This document shows positions 51,606-63,624 of a stretch of DNA of 64,000 nt, one piece after another. The notes below the pieces were generated by a model. The model ran no database searches. It was not told the DNA's origin and saw only the letters and a list, made by a program, of their open reading frames with translations. This DNA is from Tubiluchus corallicola (Eukaryota; Animalia; Priapulida). The stretch's first letter is position 1. Every line of letters starts with the position of its first letter. Made by a program: the position numbers and the translations under genes. The DNA is taken from NCBI GenBank assembly GCA_030141605.1, contig JAQGDQ010000110.1:496001-560000 (forward strand), read 5' to 3'.

Positions 51606-54600
51606 TTACGCCCAGCTTTGTGTAACCCTTTCCCTTTCTCCAGCTTCCACAAATGGTTTATTAATAGCTCTGTAAAATAGGAACAATCATGCTCAACTTT
51701 AGTTCAGTTCAAGTTCTGCATATTTTTGCAATATTAGTATTAAATGTAGAGAGTGTAGCTTTTGCTTCTGCATGTCACTATCAACTCAACAAGGAACTTT
51801 GATCGTATTGATTACAGTTAATTAAGCATTATAATTTAACAAATTCTGAGCAACCATACTGGCTGAGAGCATAAATACCTCTGAACAATGATGTCTAATA
51901 TATGTATGTTTATATATAATGTACTGCAAAGATCGTTTAGAAAAAGTGTAAAATAATGAATTCCACCTGGATTGAACATGGATTTTTTTACTCATACCTG
52001 ATCATTCTATCTCCACAGTATAAACACTCATCAGCTACCAAATCATCAATATCAGCCTAAACAAACAAATAAAATATGAGCAAGTTAAAGTGCCATAGTC
52101 TGCAAGCTCAATAAAGCAGCTGAGAAAATGTCTACATGTATTTAAATGGTACCCGTGCATTACCTGCTTAGGAAGCGAAATTATCTCAGGTAAAAGCGAG
52201 ATAATAATAGCATAGTTACATAGTTATGCCGTGTTACATACATTCAGCCATAAAAGTCCATCAGAAGGGTAGCGCAACCCAACTTATAGGAATTTTATTT
52301 AACTTCTGTAAATTTTCATTAACTGGGTTAATTTGGGTAGTTTGATTTCTCAAATCCAACATAGTTGTTGACATCAACCTTCTAGAATGATTGCACAGAA
52401 TTTGTAGTACGTAATTGTAACTTTATACACGTAATAAGATATTTTGTTGTTATTACTGAGACTTCTTTTATAACCTGATTAACATTTATTAGAAAGGGTT
52501 TAAGTAGTATTTAAATCATTTAGCTTTGATCTTTAATGTTTGGCAAGAATAAAGCTAACGTGTTTTTAGAAATAACTGCTAAATCCTGCTAACAGTGTTC
52601 TCTTCTTTCTCCATACTTTTCATGTTTGTATACAATGCAACCTGCTCAGAGTGTACAGCAGTTTTTAAAGCAGGGTCGGTTTTAAGCCAGTTAGATAGAT
52701 TTGTTCAAATTTGAGCCCGCGCTCGTGCTCGAGTAGAGGACTCTATGATGAACTAAAGAGTGTCCAGTGTGCACGAAGTTTCTTGATACAGTGAAACTAT
52801 TCAGTCTGTTCTCGTATATCTACGTTTCAATGGTTTTTACTGATCGTTTGTTTATTTGTTTTGTAATTTTAGTTTATCATCACCATTTGCCCTTGAAAGA
52901 GGAAATTGGCAAGCCTTATTTGCATTAGTTAGATCATCACCGGATTTTAATTCCACTAGTTTGTGGACGATATTCAAATCTTCAAAACAGAAAGAATCTT
53001 AAGGAGATTATATGACATAGAGCTTAGAATATAAAGTTGTTTGTTAAATATGTCCGAAGTGTTTATGCTATTCTCCAGCATTTGTGCAATAGAGGGCCCC
53101 ACTAACAATTTTCTAATTGGGCCGTGCACTACTTAGCACCAGCCCTTTTTGTAAGAAACAGTTATAATCACATACAAAGGTGGAGATCTGTTCAACCAAT
53201 GATATAGCACTAATAATTCTGCATTAACAATGTTTAACCAATGATACAGCATTGACAGTACTGACCTTTAATTTATCAGTAATGCTGAGAGTGGGAACTG
53301 CCTGCTGACTTGCTGATGATATGGATACATTATCAGCTTCACGGCTTGCAGTCGACAACATGGTTTTATTGGCTAACTCTCTTCTTAACTCTTCTAATCG
53401 TCTTTGCTTGGCAAGTGACAAGTAAGGTGGCACCTATAGTAAAAGTTTATATCGAAAGTTTGATATATTGTACATGATGTTTAGATTAATGAAGGTCAAG
53501 GGAGAAACCTATGGAATATCTATTTGTAACAGCAACATGTGCCAGAAACATGTTTTATGGTTATGCTTTTATCCATTTTTTGAGCAAACCTCGTTATGTA
53601 TTTTTTTAATTGTTTGTACCTCACTACTGAAAGTTTAATCATTTTTGTTTAGTCATTCGTACTTTTTATTTTAGGCGTTCACAAAACATAAATAAAAACA
53701 GTCATGACTAGATTAAAATGTGGCCACAATAAAAGACATTATTTCATTCAAGTAACATTTCTATTCACTTACAACTTGAGAACAATATATTGATTCACAC
53801 ATTACAAATTTCATGAATATAAGGTGTTAGTTTCATAAATATTTACTTACATATTACCAATTACATGAATGGCATAATTATCACAATGTAGCACAATGCA
53901 GTAAAGCACTATAATCAGCTTAAAAGGCACAATATAAATTTAAGTTAGGTGCACCATAATTTTAACTATAATTTAGCACTATAGGTCTATATAGAGAGAC
54001 TTGCTCTGTTAGCCAGTGAAACTAAGATAGTCGTCCTCGTTGCTCATGCTGAGCGGCCTTATATCAACTTTTCCTTCATAAATTAATCCAAATATTTGAA
54101 ATGTTTAAGTTTTTTTTTATTGGAGCAAAAAGTTATTTGCATCAAAAGAAAATTGAGCCATTTATAGTAACTGAAATTTGGCTTAGTTCTTTTTGGCACA
54201 TGCCTTATGACTGAGTACGTAATACCGGGTATAACCTAACTACACGCCTTATGTCTTTCATTAGCAACGATGCAAAACAGAAACATCTTATTCATAAAAA
54301 TTTAATGACATCTACAAAGTTACCTGGCTTAAGAGACAATCTGTGTGAAACATGTGTTTACATGGAAACAGATAAAAAGCTCTTGTTAAAATAGGATAAT
54401 TGCATGCCGAGCACTTGTCCTGTCCTCGCACCACTGTGTACCTGAAAACACATTAAAGGAAAACTGGATGATTTTCCATATACTATCCAATTTTCAAGTC
54501 CAATAAAAAATATACATTTTAACACAATTAATACTGTAAAAGCATTTCTGATAATTGATAATTGAATAATAGATTAAAAACCGAATTAATGTTTGGTTGC

Positions 54601-57600
54601 ATAGGAAACTAACAAATACCAACAAATACGAATAACACTAAAGAATATGATGGAAAATCTTGTCTTGCCATATGATGGTCAAGTTCCACGTAACTGAGGC
54701 TGGACTGCATCTACTTGCTTAAGTTTTGTTACTTTCAGTATCCAGAACTCAGAAATTACATAAGCATGTAAGGTTCAACTAATGATGCTTTCACTTTTGC
54801 GTCAAGCGTAATATTTTTGTTATTGAAAGACGATTATACAAGACTTAGATCTGAGTATGCAGCTAATGCTAGTATTTTTCTTTCTTAGTATCCTCACTAG
54901 TATTAGCTCGATAAGACTGGGAGGCTATCAAGAAGATGGACAGATCAAAGATGTTTATATTCCCCCCAAGCAACATTTTCTTCAGGTGTTATATGATACT
55001 TTTGTTTTGTTTTGTATTGCTACATGGTTTAGAATAACTCAAAGTCTCCTCGAAGGTTAAATCTTTTTGTTTTAATAATATCGAACAGCGAATAAATCAA
55101 GCCAACTCAATGTTTAAAGGTCAAATACAGCGTACTACACGAAGTTTCATTTTTACAAAAGCAGAAAGAAAATGCTCTAAAATTTTCTGTTACTTTTACT
55201 TTTTTCGTGGTGGTTTACATGAGAGAAATCTGGTGTGAAGGAGTCATTTCCAAAGAAAGTCTGAAACTTCATTTTGCATGTTTTGCTCACTAGATGACGT
55301 CAATGAAATGCGTGCTATCAAGCATTTGCATTTGACTATCATGTATCAGATTTTGCTGTGTAGTATTGTTTACAAATCCAGCATCACAGAAACGACATGG
55401 TATCCAAAGGACGCCGCTGCTAGTACATTTATTTAGCCTGCGATTCTTCAAAGTTTCCAAGCAAAACTGAACAAAATGTTTTGGGGCAAAAATGCAACTT
55501 CGAGGTCCGATTTCATTATGAAGGAAGCAGAGAAATTTAATTAATTTAGAGTTAAATTTTCAGTTACAGTTAGTGATTTTTATTAAACAAAACTTGTTTT
55601 TACATTAAATTTGACCTTTAAGTTGGATCTGTCTTTGAAAATAATGATAATAAGCAAGTTCATACTTGTTACGGAATGCTTGTATTTCCGCTCGTATCTC
55701 TTGAGCGCTTTCTGTTGCTTCTTCCATTTCCTCTTTCAGCGATTCTATGTGCTTGTTATATTCATGCAGTGAGGAGCAGATGGCATCCTACAACAATAAA
55801 CAATGAACATCGTGAGTTAAAAACAATAACAAAGGCATGAACAAAACAACACAAAAAAAATAAATTATTGATTCTTAGGAAAGCCAGTATAAGTAATTAC
55901 ACTGCTGCAAAATGAGCAAAGTTTTCAGTCTGTAATGAAAAACCTGTTTGAAATTAAAGTTTAGTAGACCCATAACAGTAGTTTTTTGTATCAGAGAGTT
56001 AACGTTACATAAACAACTAAATTATAATTTTACATTAATAAGAAACAAATGTCAGTTTCTAGTTCATGAACCTACTTGACTTATTGATTTTGCAAAAGAT
56101 AAATGCATGGAAATGTGTTGTATACTTATAATTTGCTCCCCTCTCATTTTATTCCACAGATGAGTATTAGTTTATGATTAAATGCATGTGCAACTGTGTA
56201 TTTAATTATTGTAGAATTTAATTATTTGCTTATTTTTGCTTAGTTTTTAGCTTTTAGCTTACTACAATTTATGTTAGACTGGAAATTTGCATAATCTTAT
56301 TTGCTAATCTCATGCCATGCCATTTAATCAAATTTATTATTTTTAATCTACATAACTTTTATGTAGGAGTTTTATTTTTTCAATTTTCATTTGAATTTTG
56401 TTTATTTTGATTCATATTATGTTGTACAAGTTAAGGAAAAGAACAAATTATCTATCTGTTCTATCTATGGTTAAATTTTTTTTGTAAAATGTAGTAAATG
56501 CATCTTTATTGTCAAAAATTAACCTCAACTCACCCTACAACTTTATGTGTAAACCATTATTACAGCCACAAGCATAACTAACCTTAAAGTGGTCTATTGT
56601 AACAAAATCCGGAAAGAATGGTAAAATGTCTTCTATCTTGACAAGATCACACTCATGCAGAAACTCCATGGCTTTCTTTATATCTTTCTCATCCTCAACG
56701 ACGTGACGGGCTAAAATGTTCAAAACGATGTTAGTAACAACGGTTCTGAACAGTGAACTGCTTCGCTGCAGAATCTAACAAGAAATCACACACAATTTCA
56801 CTTCATTCATTTTAATAGAAAGGGGGTGGGGGTGGCCCAGTGGCACTCGCTGTCGACCTGGACCATTTTGGGTGGGAACTCCACTCATGTTGGGGTATTT
56901 TGAGTCATTTACCATGGGAACACAATTGATTGGCCACCTTTCTAGGCTTACTTAGCCTTAGTTGAGAACCACGCCATGTAGCGGGAGACAAACTTGACGA
57001 AGCAACGGGATAGCCATTTGCCCTTCTTGTATACTGCCATAACGATATACCCCTACTACCCTCATCTTCTCTAATAATTTCGTTTGCTTAATTCAGTGCC
57101 CTCACCAAGTACAGAAGTATGTAAAAGTAAACTAAATGTGATCCCAGTCTACAATATGACAGGTCACATCACAGTATGATCAGCGACATTATTAACTTAT
57201 CCATAGATGAATTTTTAAATACAACAGACGTTACACACAAAACACCAGCTGATCTGACAAGTCATTTACAGTGTATAAGACATTGGATTTAAAATTGAAT
57301 TCTCTTACCTATCTTCAGCCACAACTTCTTTCTCAATTCAACATCCTCTTCTGGTTTATCAGCATTGAGTTTAGCTAAGTCAATATCATTTTCCTAAAAT
57401 AACCAGTCATTTCATTGACTACAAATGAACTTTTACTTAGTTGCAGTGGTGATGTAAAAATATGAAGAAATCAGAAAAGTAAACATCTAATAAAAGGTAG
57501 AAAGCATTTGATGACTTTTTCAAAAATAAAAGCAAAATTTACTCATAAATGAAACTACACTTTACTTAAGTGAATATTTTTTTATCATTTTTACTGAATA

Positions 57601-60354
57601 TTAATCAAATGCAATCATGTAACTTCCTGCAAGCTAAAATATAAAAAGCTGTTTTGGGTTACTGACATTCAAAGTAACTCTATAACGAGGTCTGTTGTTG
57701 TCTTTTTTGTTCTTCATGTAACAGTCTTTAATACTGTGAAGTCACAATAGAGTTACTCATTGTTATTCTAAATTTTTAGGAAAAAGGAATTCCGTGACAG
57801 AGATAAATTGGTGTTTGAAATGACGTAATAAGTAAGTAACCCAATGCTTCACATCTCAGACTCAGACTTGGTGTTGTATGAAACCAACTCAAATTATTTA
57901 GTAACACATTACCATTCAGTTGTAAACCGAATGCACTTATATTTAGAGGCTGAAGCTGAGTCAGTTGCTACTACATCAGCTGACTCATACAGTAAATCAG
58001 CTAGCTCGGCTGAAGCTGAGTCAGTTGCTATTACATCAGCTGACTCACACACTAAATCAGCTAGCTGAGCTGAGGATGACCGACTTTTCAGCTGAGTTGG
58101 CTTAAAGAAAAAATCAGCGAAGTCAGTTAAATTTTTGTTAACTAAAGAAATGATAAATTGCTAGTTAACTGTTAAATTATCGATGGATTTATTGCAAATA
58201 TTCAGTAGTACCTCTGTTTTTTACCATAATTCGTTCCTAAAAAGTGTTTGAAAACCGACTTGGTTGAGTACTGAATCATTTATTCTCATAAGAAATAATG
58301 TAAAAGCAAATAATTTGTTCTGAAGCACCAAATGAACTGTAAAGTATTACTAAAATGAAATATAATAATGTAATAATGTTTATTTAAAAAGTAGATATGA
58401 TATAATTGATAAGAAAAACATAATAGAATTACTTAGAAAGAAAAACATAATTGTTTCTGCATGGAAAAAGCGGAGAAAAATAAGCGTAGAAAGCACTTGG
58501 CGATGTTAGGCGAGTCAAATGTTGTGCGTGACTACTCTCGGGTGTGATCGGTTACGCTCGGCTCTACTCGGCTCGCCGCACATGCATTCATTATGTGTTT
58601 GGCTGTTGGTCAAGTACAGAAATTCTGGTCGAGCGCGGAGACAATTTCAGCTCGAATTTTCCGGTCGAAAACCGATTTGTATGAGCACGGAGACAGTCGA
58701 CAATGGAGGTATGACTGTAATTTAAATCCAACTCTTGGGGAAGCTTATCTTGATTACCGACGAGTCAATACCAAAACACCAAAATGATCCCATACGTGTG
58801 ACTAACATTGCCCATTTTAATTTTGAATTGACCAGCTTTCTCCTTCAAAAATTTCTAAAGTTTAGTATCCCTGTCAGTACACGCACAATCTGACCGTGAA
58901 TCTACTGGGCTCTACTGACTGATTTAAAAACACGGCCAGGCTACAAAAAAATAATCATTGCAAATGTAAAATATTGCAAGTGTTACCAGTGCAGCACTCT
59001 ATCATTTTATGTTTTTATGATATAGGATTTGTTAATATATATTCAGTGTAACTGTTTGTACCTTTAATGCTAATTCCACTGCCTCTTCATAAAGCCCCAT
59101 GATTGTGTAGATATAAACACAAGCCTCATGATGTTTGTGTTCCGTCACAACTCGTAATGCATACTTCAGATCATATGAGACCTTCTCCGGGACCTATGTA
59201 GAGAAAAGTTTAAGCTGTGAATTTACACGGCTGAAAGAAAATTCTAGATAACCTTGCAGCCACGAACTGCACACAAGAAACACAAAACACATTCAAAGAT
59301 AAACAGGTTCTTTAACATTTTTTGAAAATTTTATCATTATAGACATCATAATATGATTTACTTTAATTCGGTTCAGTTTACTTTACATAACATGATTTAC
59401 TTTAATTCAACTCAATATACAAGTGAAAAAAAGTAGTATCGTTTTTATTATATTACACATTTTAAAGAATTTAGAGACATTGGTGAATACATGTGATAAT
59501 AACAAATCAGTAAAATACTATAAAACATCTGTAGTGCAAGCATGTGATGCTTTTAAAAAAATCTACAACAGCTTAATATTGTCTTTCATTTGGTTTAAGC
59601 AAATCAACCTTTTGTCTTGACATTTTGACAAAAAGCAGAGTAGTCAAGATCCAAGATTCACAGCCAAAATTATGCAACTTTAAACCTGAACAGCAACTGG
59701 AAGGATGACCACCTAAAAACTGTCTCCGAGAAATTTAACCAGCATACTGCCACAGCTATTTACACTGTTAAAGAATGTACATGCACCCGAATATGACAAA
59801 GACATCTTTGCAAATTCATTGATAGCTTTTAGAGAATTATGTTTAACAGTGACTAATGAATAAAGCTCTGGTGTTCAACAAGATTCGACACAAGTTAACC
59901 ACTGCTGCTAAACGCCAAAATGTATAAAAAAGCAATTCATCATTTTCTAGATATTACCAATTTCATAATAAATTTACAAAGCAGTTTTTTTGGTATTACA
60001 CAAACACGACCAATTTACAATTTCAACACTACAGAAAAATTATAAACACAAAAAAGTGATTAATAGGTACAAGGTTTTGGAACAGTTATTTCCTGTATCT
60101 AAATTCTAGAATAATTACAAAATAAGCCAAGCGCAGCATAAAACCAGAGCCAAATTTGAGAAAACGAATCCCTACAGCAAAAATTGTGCCACCAAATTTA
60201 CCTGTCCTTGAAATCGCAGGTAGGTCATCAGTTTATCAGGTGCAAGTTTAGCATACAGTGAAAGCAGATAATTGTGTATAGCTTGTTCCTCGTTGTGCAG
60301 AATTTCAACGCAGAATTCAAGGTATCGAATTGTTTCCTTGCCTTGTTCTTTCTC
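51606..60354 (-). CDS. VPS18: Vacuolar protein sorting 18 (HOPS/CORVET core subunit), last 9 coding exons; 5' part lies beyond the window
   Basis: Exons (minus): 60354-60202, 59193-59062, 57393-57309, 56710-56583, 55787-55666, 54441-54324, 53433-53266, 52056-51998, 51669-51606, all phase-compatible. Peptides IRYLEFCV..EQAIHNYLLSLYA, YDLKYALR, LRKKLWLKIARHVV, KIEDILPFFPDFVTIDHFK, RING CSAC..FPCKHMFHTDCL, ECLYCGDRMIRAINKPF..SWA*. Confidence 0.95.
52672..53146. mobile_element. hAT-like non-autonomous repeat, copy 2
   Basis: CAGGGTCGGT...ACCAGCCCT ends; homologous to 14646-15027. Confidence 0.55.
54457..54590 (+). mobile_element. Truncated Kolobok-like copy next to a VPS18 splice acceptor
   Basis: TTAA|AGGAAAACTGGATGATTTTCCATATACTA...TTTTCAAGTC..ATACATTTTAACACA matches the left end of 38194-38791. 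Confidence 0.65.
57948..58072. repeat. 60-bp tandem duplication
   Basis: GGCTGAAGCTGAGTCAGTTGCTAYTACATCAGCTGACTCAYACASTAAATCAGCTAGCT occurs twice in tandem. Confidence 0.85.
58203..58717. mobile_element. pogo/Tigger-like non-autonomous element
   Basis: TIRs CAGTAGTACCTC...GAGGTATGACTG followed by TA. Confidence 0.6.
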
Positions 60355-60445
60355 CTGCAGCAAAACAAAAATGCATTTGTAGTCTTTTTTAAAAAATGTG
60401 TGCACGTCTAAACACAGCTAAGATTGACCTCTTACTTTTATTTAA

Positions 60446-61058
60446 AGCAAAACCGGACACAATCATAAACTGTAAGTCAAAACAATATATTCTAAAATAT
60501 TGAAAGGAAACAAACTATTTTTTAAAAATGACTTACGTGAAAGAATTATTACCACGCAAACACAATTTCGCGTTTGCGCCACTAGTTCTTCGCTGTTACA
60601 TGCATTTCGCCATTCGCTGGTTAGACGGACACTAGCGCCTGCATTTCGGAAAACCATTGCACAAAAACAGGTGCTGAACCTCTTAGTTCAGATGTGTTAG
60701 TTTATGACGAACTCCAGACGTTCGACAACTCATGCGCGAGCACAACGGTAAATGTGAAATCTGAATTGTTATCTTAAAACTTGCTTTAGTCTTAGTACAA
60801 CACAATGAGTATATTACAGTAGCACTGTGCTTCAATTTTCGCTTTCGCAAACACGTGCAATTTTGTGGAATATTTTGGCTGTTGAAAATTATGTTAGTTT
60901 GTGATGTCCTCAATAGTTGGGCTCGCCCGTTGTTAATTGAATTTTTAATCCATAATTTAATGATCAAAAACACTTTTGCAATATTAATTGTGTTCGAATG
61001 CATACTTTTTATCGGATTTTAAAGTGGGGTAGTATATGAAAAATCATCCCGTCTTCTT
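60446..61058 (-). mobile_element. Kolobok-like non-autonomous DNA transposon, copy 3
   Basis: TTAA|AGCAAAACCGGA...TCCCGTCTTCTT|TTAA; colinear with 46693-47297. Confidence 0.7.
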
Positions 61059-61947
61059 TTAAGATGCTATTTTGAATATGTTATGAGTTTATCACTTGGA
61101 TGGCTAGTTGCGATGGTGAGGTCAGAGTTATGGTAAGACATGAATTTGTGTTAACTTGCCCCGAACTTAACATTGCGCAAGCAGGTCTATCTTGCTTTAG
61201 AAATAACATTCTAAAGAACACATGAACAAAAAACAACAATTATTCTTGCACGACAACACATACCTGAAGATTCGCTTCAGCCAATTTAAAATTAAGAATG
61301 ATATCATAACTAAAGGTGGTTAGAATAAATTAAAACTGTCTAAAAAACTGCAGTGTCATTAAATTATGAAAATAAAGTGCACATTGAAAATGTGAACAAT
61401 AAACAAATAATCTTGTCATCTATCCTAATATCTACTATATTTATTACAAAGTAATTAATAAACTGTTTGATCAGCCAAACCTATGTTATAATATTAAATA
61501 GTATGTAAGTTACGTAAGAGTAATGCAAAACAGATTTGGTTTAACATGCGTGGTCTCCTTGAGGAGAGGTTTGATAAAGACCATAAAAGTTGCCTATTGT
61601 ATCACCACTTAATCAACATGTTACTTGCTGATTACAACGAAACTGCAGTTCCATAAAATAGCTCATGGTAGTTATACATTCAATACATGTATACAAATGG
61701 GTTACCTTAGCTGCATGGCTACAACAAAAATTTGGAGTTTGATTAATTATGAATAGATACCATGTATATGTCAGCAGCTGACATATGACAGTTGTTAGTA
61801 ACAATATCTTTAGTCGCTAGACAAAAATGATAAATTTTTAATTTTATCAATTCCCAATTCATCATAACGTATGCATGAACATCATTCCACAGTAGGTAGC
61901 AAGTGTATTCATACGCACGGAAAATTTGCAGAAAATTTATTCCAATC

Positions 61948-63624
61948 ATGCCTGCACTAGAGAAGTTGAAAGAGTTTGCAGAAAATGCTTCTATGCACGG
62001 AGTAGGGAGTATTAGTAGATCTAAGTCGATAATTCGTCGCATCATCTGGTCTCTTCTGACTATTGCATCAGCTGTGTTCATCATGTATGTCCTTATTGTT
62101 CTACTCACTCAGTATTTCTCTTACAACATTGTAAAGCAAATGAGTAGCGAGTACCGGGAAGCTATTGTCTTTCCCGCTGTTACCATTTGTAATGCTAATG
62201 TGGAACACTCTGGTCACCTTCACGACGCCATAACTCTGGGTTACGAAAATTACAGCCAGAACACGAAGGTACCTTGCAATTTCGCTGATATCTGCACTGA
62301 AAGTGATGAAGGATGTGAAATCGTAGGTAAGGTGGATGCCACTGGGTTTTTAAACGAATGTACAATTGGCGGAACAACAGATTTTTTGCCGAATATTACG
62401 CATTATTACAATGGACACTGGTTGAACGAAATGATCTCCGAGTGCAAACTTGGTAACAAACAGAACGTGCAAAATGACAAGATTTGCCGCCTGTCTCAGA
62501 GGTTTACCCACCACATTCTTGGAAACTGCTTTACAATCTTCATTTCAGACAAGCCTGATGCAAAACTGCCATACATGACCATGTCATTAGATGGCACAAG
62601 CAAACTAAAGATGGTCGTTAATGTAGGGCTTGAGCACTACAGTATTCTTTCTCGCTATTGGCACTACAGACAGGCTGGCATATCATATGCCATTCACCCA
62701 CCACAATACATGCCGGTGGTGCCATCAGAATTTAACTTTGCACTCATTGGAACACACCTGCGCAGTACAGTTCAAATCACTGAATCTAATTTGGAACCGG
62801 GTGCTGGCAACTGCACGCCAGATTCTGACCTCGACAAGAAAAATGATGCTTATAAGACTCAGTTTGGAGTAAGTTATCAACAGAAAACTTGTCTGATCAC
62901 ATGTCTGCAAAGCTACGTGGTCAAATATTGTGGATGTGAACCTGGTCTGGCACCAAGAACAACAGCATCCAACCTGATAAGCTGTGACACCAAATGCCAG
63001 ACACCGGTCAGTGGCTTTGATGCTGACCTGTGTTGTCAAGAAGACTATACAACGGTCACCATAGCAGAAGCAAAATGCGACTGCCCACAAAGCTGCCATA
63101 TTGTCTATTATGACATCAGCACAGATCGTTTTGGAGAAGGCTCATGGAACAAGAAAGAAATAGTGAAATCACTGGTAGCGAGCTCAATTGTGAATGAATT
63201 CAACGCTACTGATTCTGATGAAATTGGCCCAGACAATATCCACTATAACGACATTGTCACAGCCCTTGAATCTGTTGGCTGTAATCTGACGCTTGAAGAC
63301 TGCTTTCCTCTGAACATGTCCATTTATGATCACTCAAGTTACCACAACTATTTGACCGACATCAAACATCCACATTCTGAATACACGGCTGTGGTCACTC
63401 TAGAAGTCGCTCTGTCCCCAAATCCTGTGACTGTAATCAAAGATGTCTACGAGTATTCTCTGCTGCAGCTAGGAGCAGAATTTGGCGGACTCGCTGGCCT
63501 GTATTTGGGCTTCTCAATACTTGGAATGATAGAAGTTTTAGAGTTGGTTATAGATCTGATCAGTGCACCTTTTGGACATGGCAATGACAGAAAAGACGAG
63601 GTTAAGAACATTAACGTGAATTGA
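61948..63624 (+). CDS. DEG/ENaC (amiloride-sensitive/ASIC-like) ion channel subunit, intronless, about 558 aa
   Basis: FAENASMHGV (HG motif), TM1 IIWSLLTIASAVFIMYVLIVLL, FPAVTICN, GNCFTI, Cys-rich thumb (CLITCLQSYVVKYCGC...CDCPQSC), TM2 GAEFGGLAGLYLGFSILGMIEVLE. First ATG at 61948, 16 nt after a possible acceptor tttgcag. Confidence 0.93.
   Translation: MPALEKLKEFAENASMHGVGSISRSKSIIRRIIWSLLTIASAVFIMYVLIVLLTQYFSYNIVKQMSSEYREAIVFPAVTICNANVEHSGHLHDAITLGYENYSQNTKVPCNFADICTESDEGCEIVGKVDATGFLNECTIGGTTDFLPNITHYYNGHWLNEMISECKLGNKQNVQNDKICRLSQRFTHHILGNCFTIFISDKPDAKLPYMTMSLDGTSKLKMVVNVGLEHYSILSRYWHYRQAGISYAIHPPQYMPVVPSEFNFALIGTHLRSTVQITESNLEPGAGNCTPDSDLDKKNDAYKTQFGVSYQQKTCLITCLQSYVVKYCGCEPGLAPRTTASNLISCDTKCQTPVSGFDADLCCQEDYTTVTIAEAKCDCPQSCHIVYYDISTDRFGEGSWNKKEIVKSLVASSIVNEFNATDSDEIGPDNIHYNDIVTALESVGCNLTLEDCFPLNMSIYDHSSYHNYLTDIKHPHSEYTAVVTLEVALSPNPVTVIKDVYEYSLLQLGAEFGGLAGLYLGFSILGMIEVLELVIDLISAPFGHGNDRKDEVKNINVN

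Noticed and set aside
56821-57065. SINE-like GC-richer insert in a VPS18 intron
   Set aside because: Single copy in the window with degraded A/B boxes; cannot be classified without a repeat library.
14055-60354. U12-type or non-canonical introns
   Set aside because: All modelled introns are GT-AG with no GTATCCT donor; the two AAG acceptors (21557, 32624) are uncommon but within normal variation.
61263-61308. Possible extra VPS18 exon (CAG|gtatgt donor)
   Set aside because: The translation YDIILNFKLAEANLQ does not resemble the expected upstream VPS18 sequence (..LIPALV..).
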